DNA of 64,000 nucleotides. Source: Hypanus sabinus (Eukaryota). Shown piece after piece: positions 63,501 to 64,000 of the stretch. The notes under the pieces are model-generated. The model searched no databases and was not told the origin of the DNA. It was given only the letters and a program-made list of their open reading frames with translations. The stretch's first letter is position 1. Each line of letters opens with the position of its first letter. The position numbers and the translations under genes were made by a program. The stretch spans positions 44,392,001-44,456,000 of the forward strand of contig NC_082719.1 in NCBI RefSeq assembly GCF_030144855.1. The letters run 5' to 3'.

Positions 63501-64000
63501 TAAGCTTTTTGCACATGGGCCTTCATAAATCAATGCATTGAGTACAGGAGTTGGGATTGTTGGTCATGAATTAAAATGTGGAAGGAAACATGTAACTCTA
63601 ATGGGTCAAGGACAGTGGAAGTAGACAATTCAGATGTCTTTGCTCTTGCTATGTGCTGCCATTTTGTGAAGTTGCTCTGTAAACATTTTGTGAACTATTT
63701 GATAAAATGATTCTTGCTCTGAGATAACTTAATCAGACCAAATGAACGTGGACACAAGAGTGTCTGCTATTGATCTGCTAAACCTGAGATCATTCTCAGA
63801 TAGTCGGTTTATTGAGTACAACGGCAAATTTGTAGAATTAATATTGTTTTCTCTGCCCAGTGTCTGGGTGATCCAGTTTGACTGGTTTGAATCAGAGTTG
63901 AACAGAACAAAAGAAATCATCTAAGGCACAAAGTTGTGTGGCCCTTGGACTACATCCAATGGGAATTTAACACAGGTCAGTCCGATGACCTCAAGCCAAT

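Overview
AT-rich, repeat-dense vertebrate intronic DNA, probably from a cartilaginous fish (ray/shark). That assignment is inferred from the V-SINE, CR1, Rex1 and Penelope repeat complement. The window lies inside PDS5A (cohesin regulator) on the minus strand. I can place 16 consecutive internal coding exons (58709 down to 15044) with GT-AG boundaries; they splice into one uninterrupted 1986-nt (662-codon) frame. The flanking exons lie outside the window. The introns hold many transposon classes. The most complete structure is a three-tier nest at about 0.8-11.3 kb: an old LINE fragment, split by a full-length CsRn1-type Gypsy LTR element (214-bp LTRs, ATAT TSD, tRNA-Trp PBS, CHCC gag), itself split in gag by a full-length L1 (9-bp TSD). 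That L1 has an intact ORF1, an ORF2 with a single frameshift, a T-rich coding strand and a ~920-bp inter-ORF spacer with YY1-like motifs. Also present: two Penelope-like elements with decayed hammerhead-ribozyme cores (one forms a fold-back), a probable solo LTR, an RNase H-bearing I/Nimb-type LINE hosting a second nest, R4-type, RTE, Rex1 and CR1 LINE remnants, two Tc1 families, pogo- and hAT-type MITEs, and V-SINEs. I found no unambiguous new biological system. The best leads are the L1 architecture, the CsRn1-like element and the PDS5A/PDS5B-mosaic peptide.
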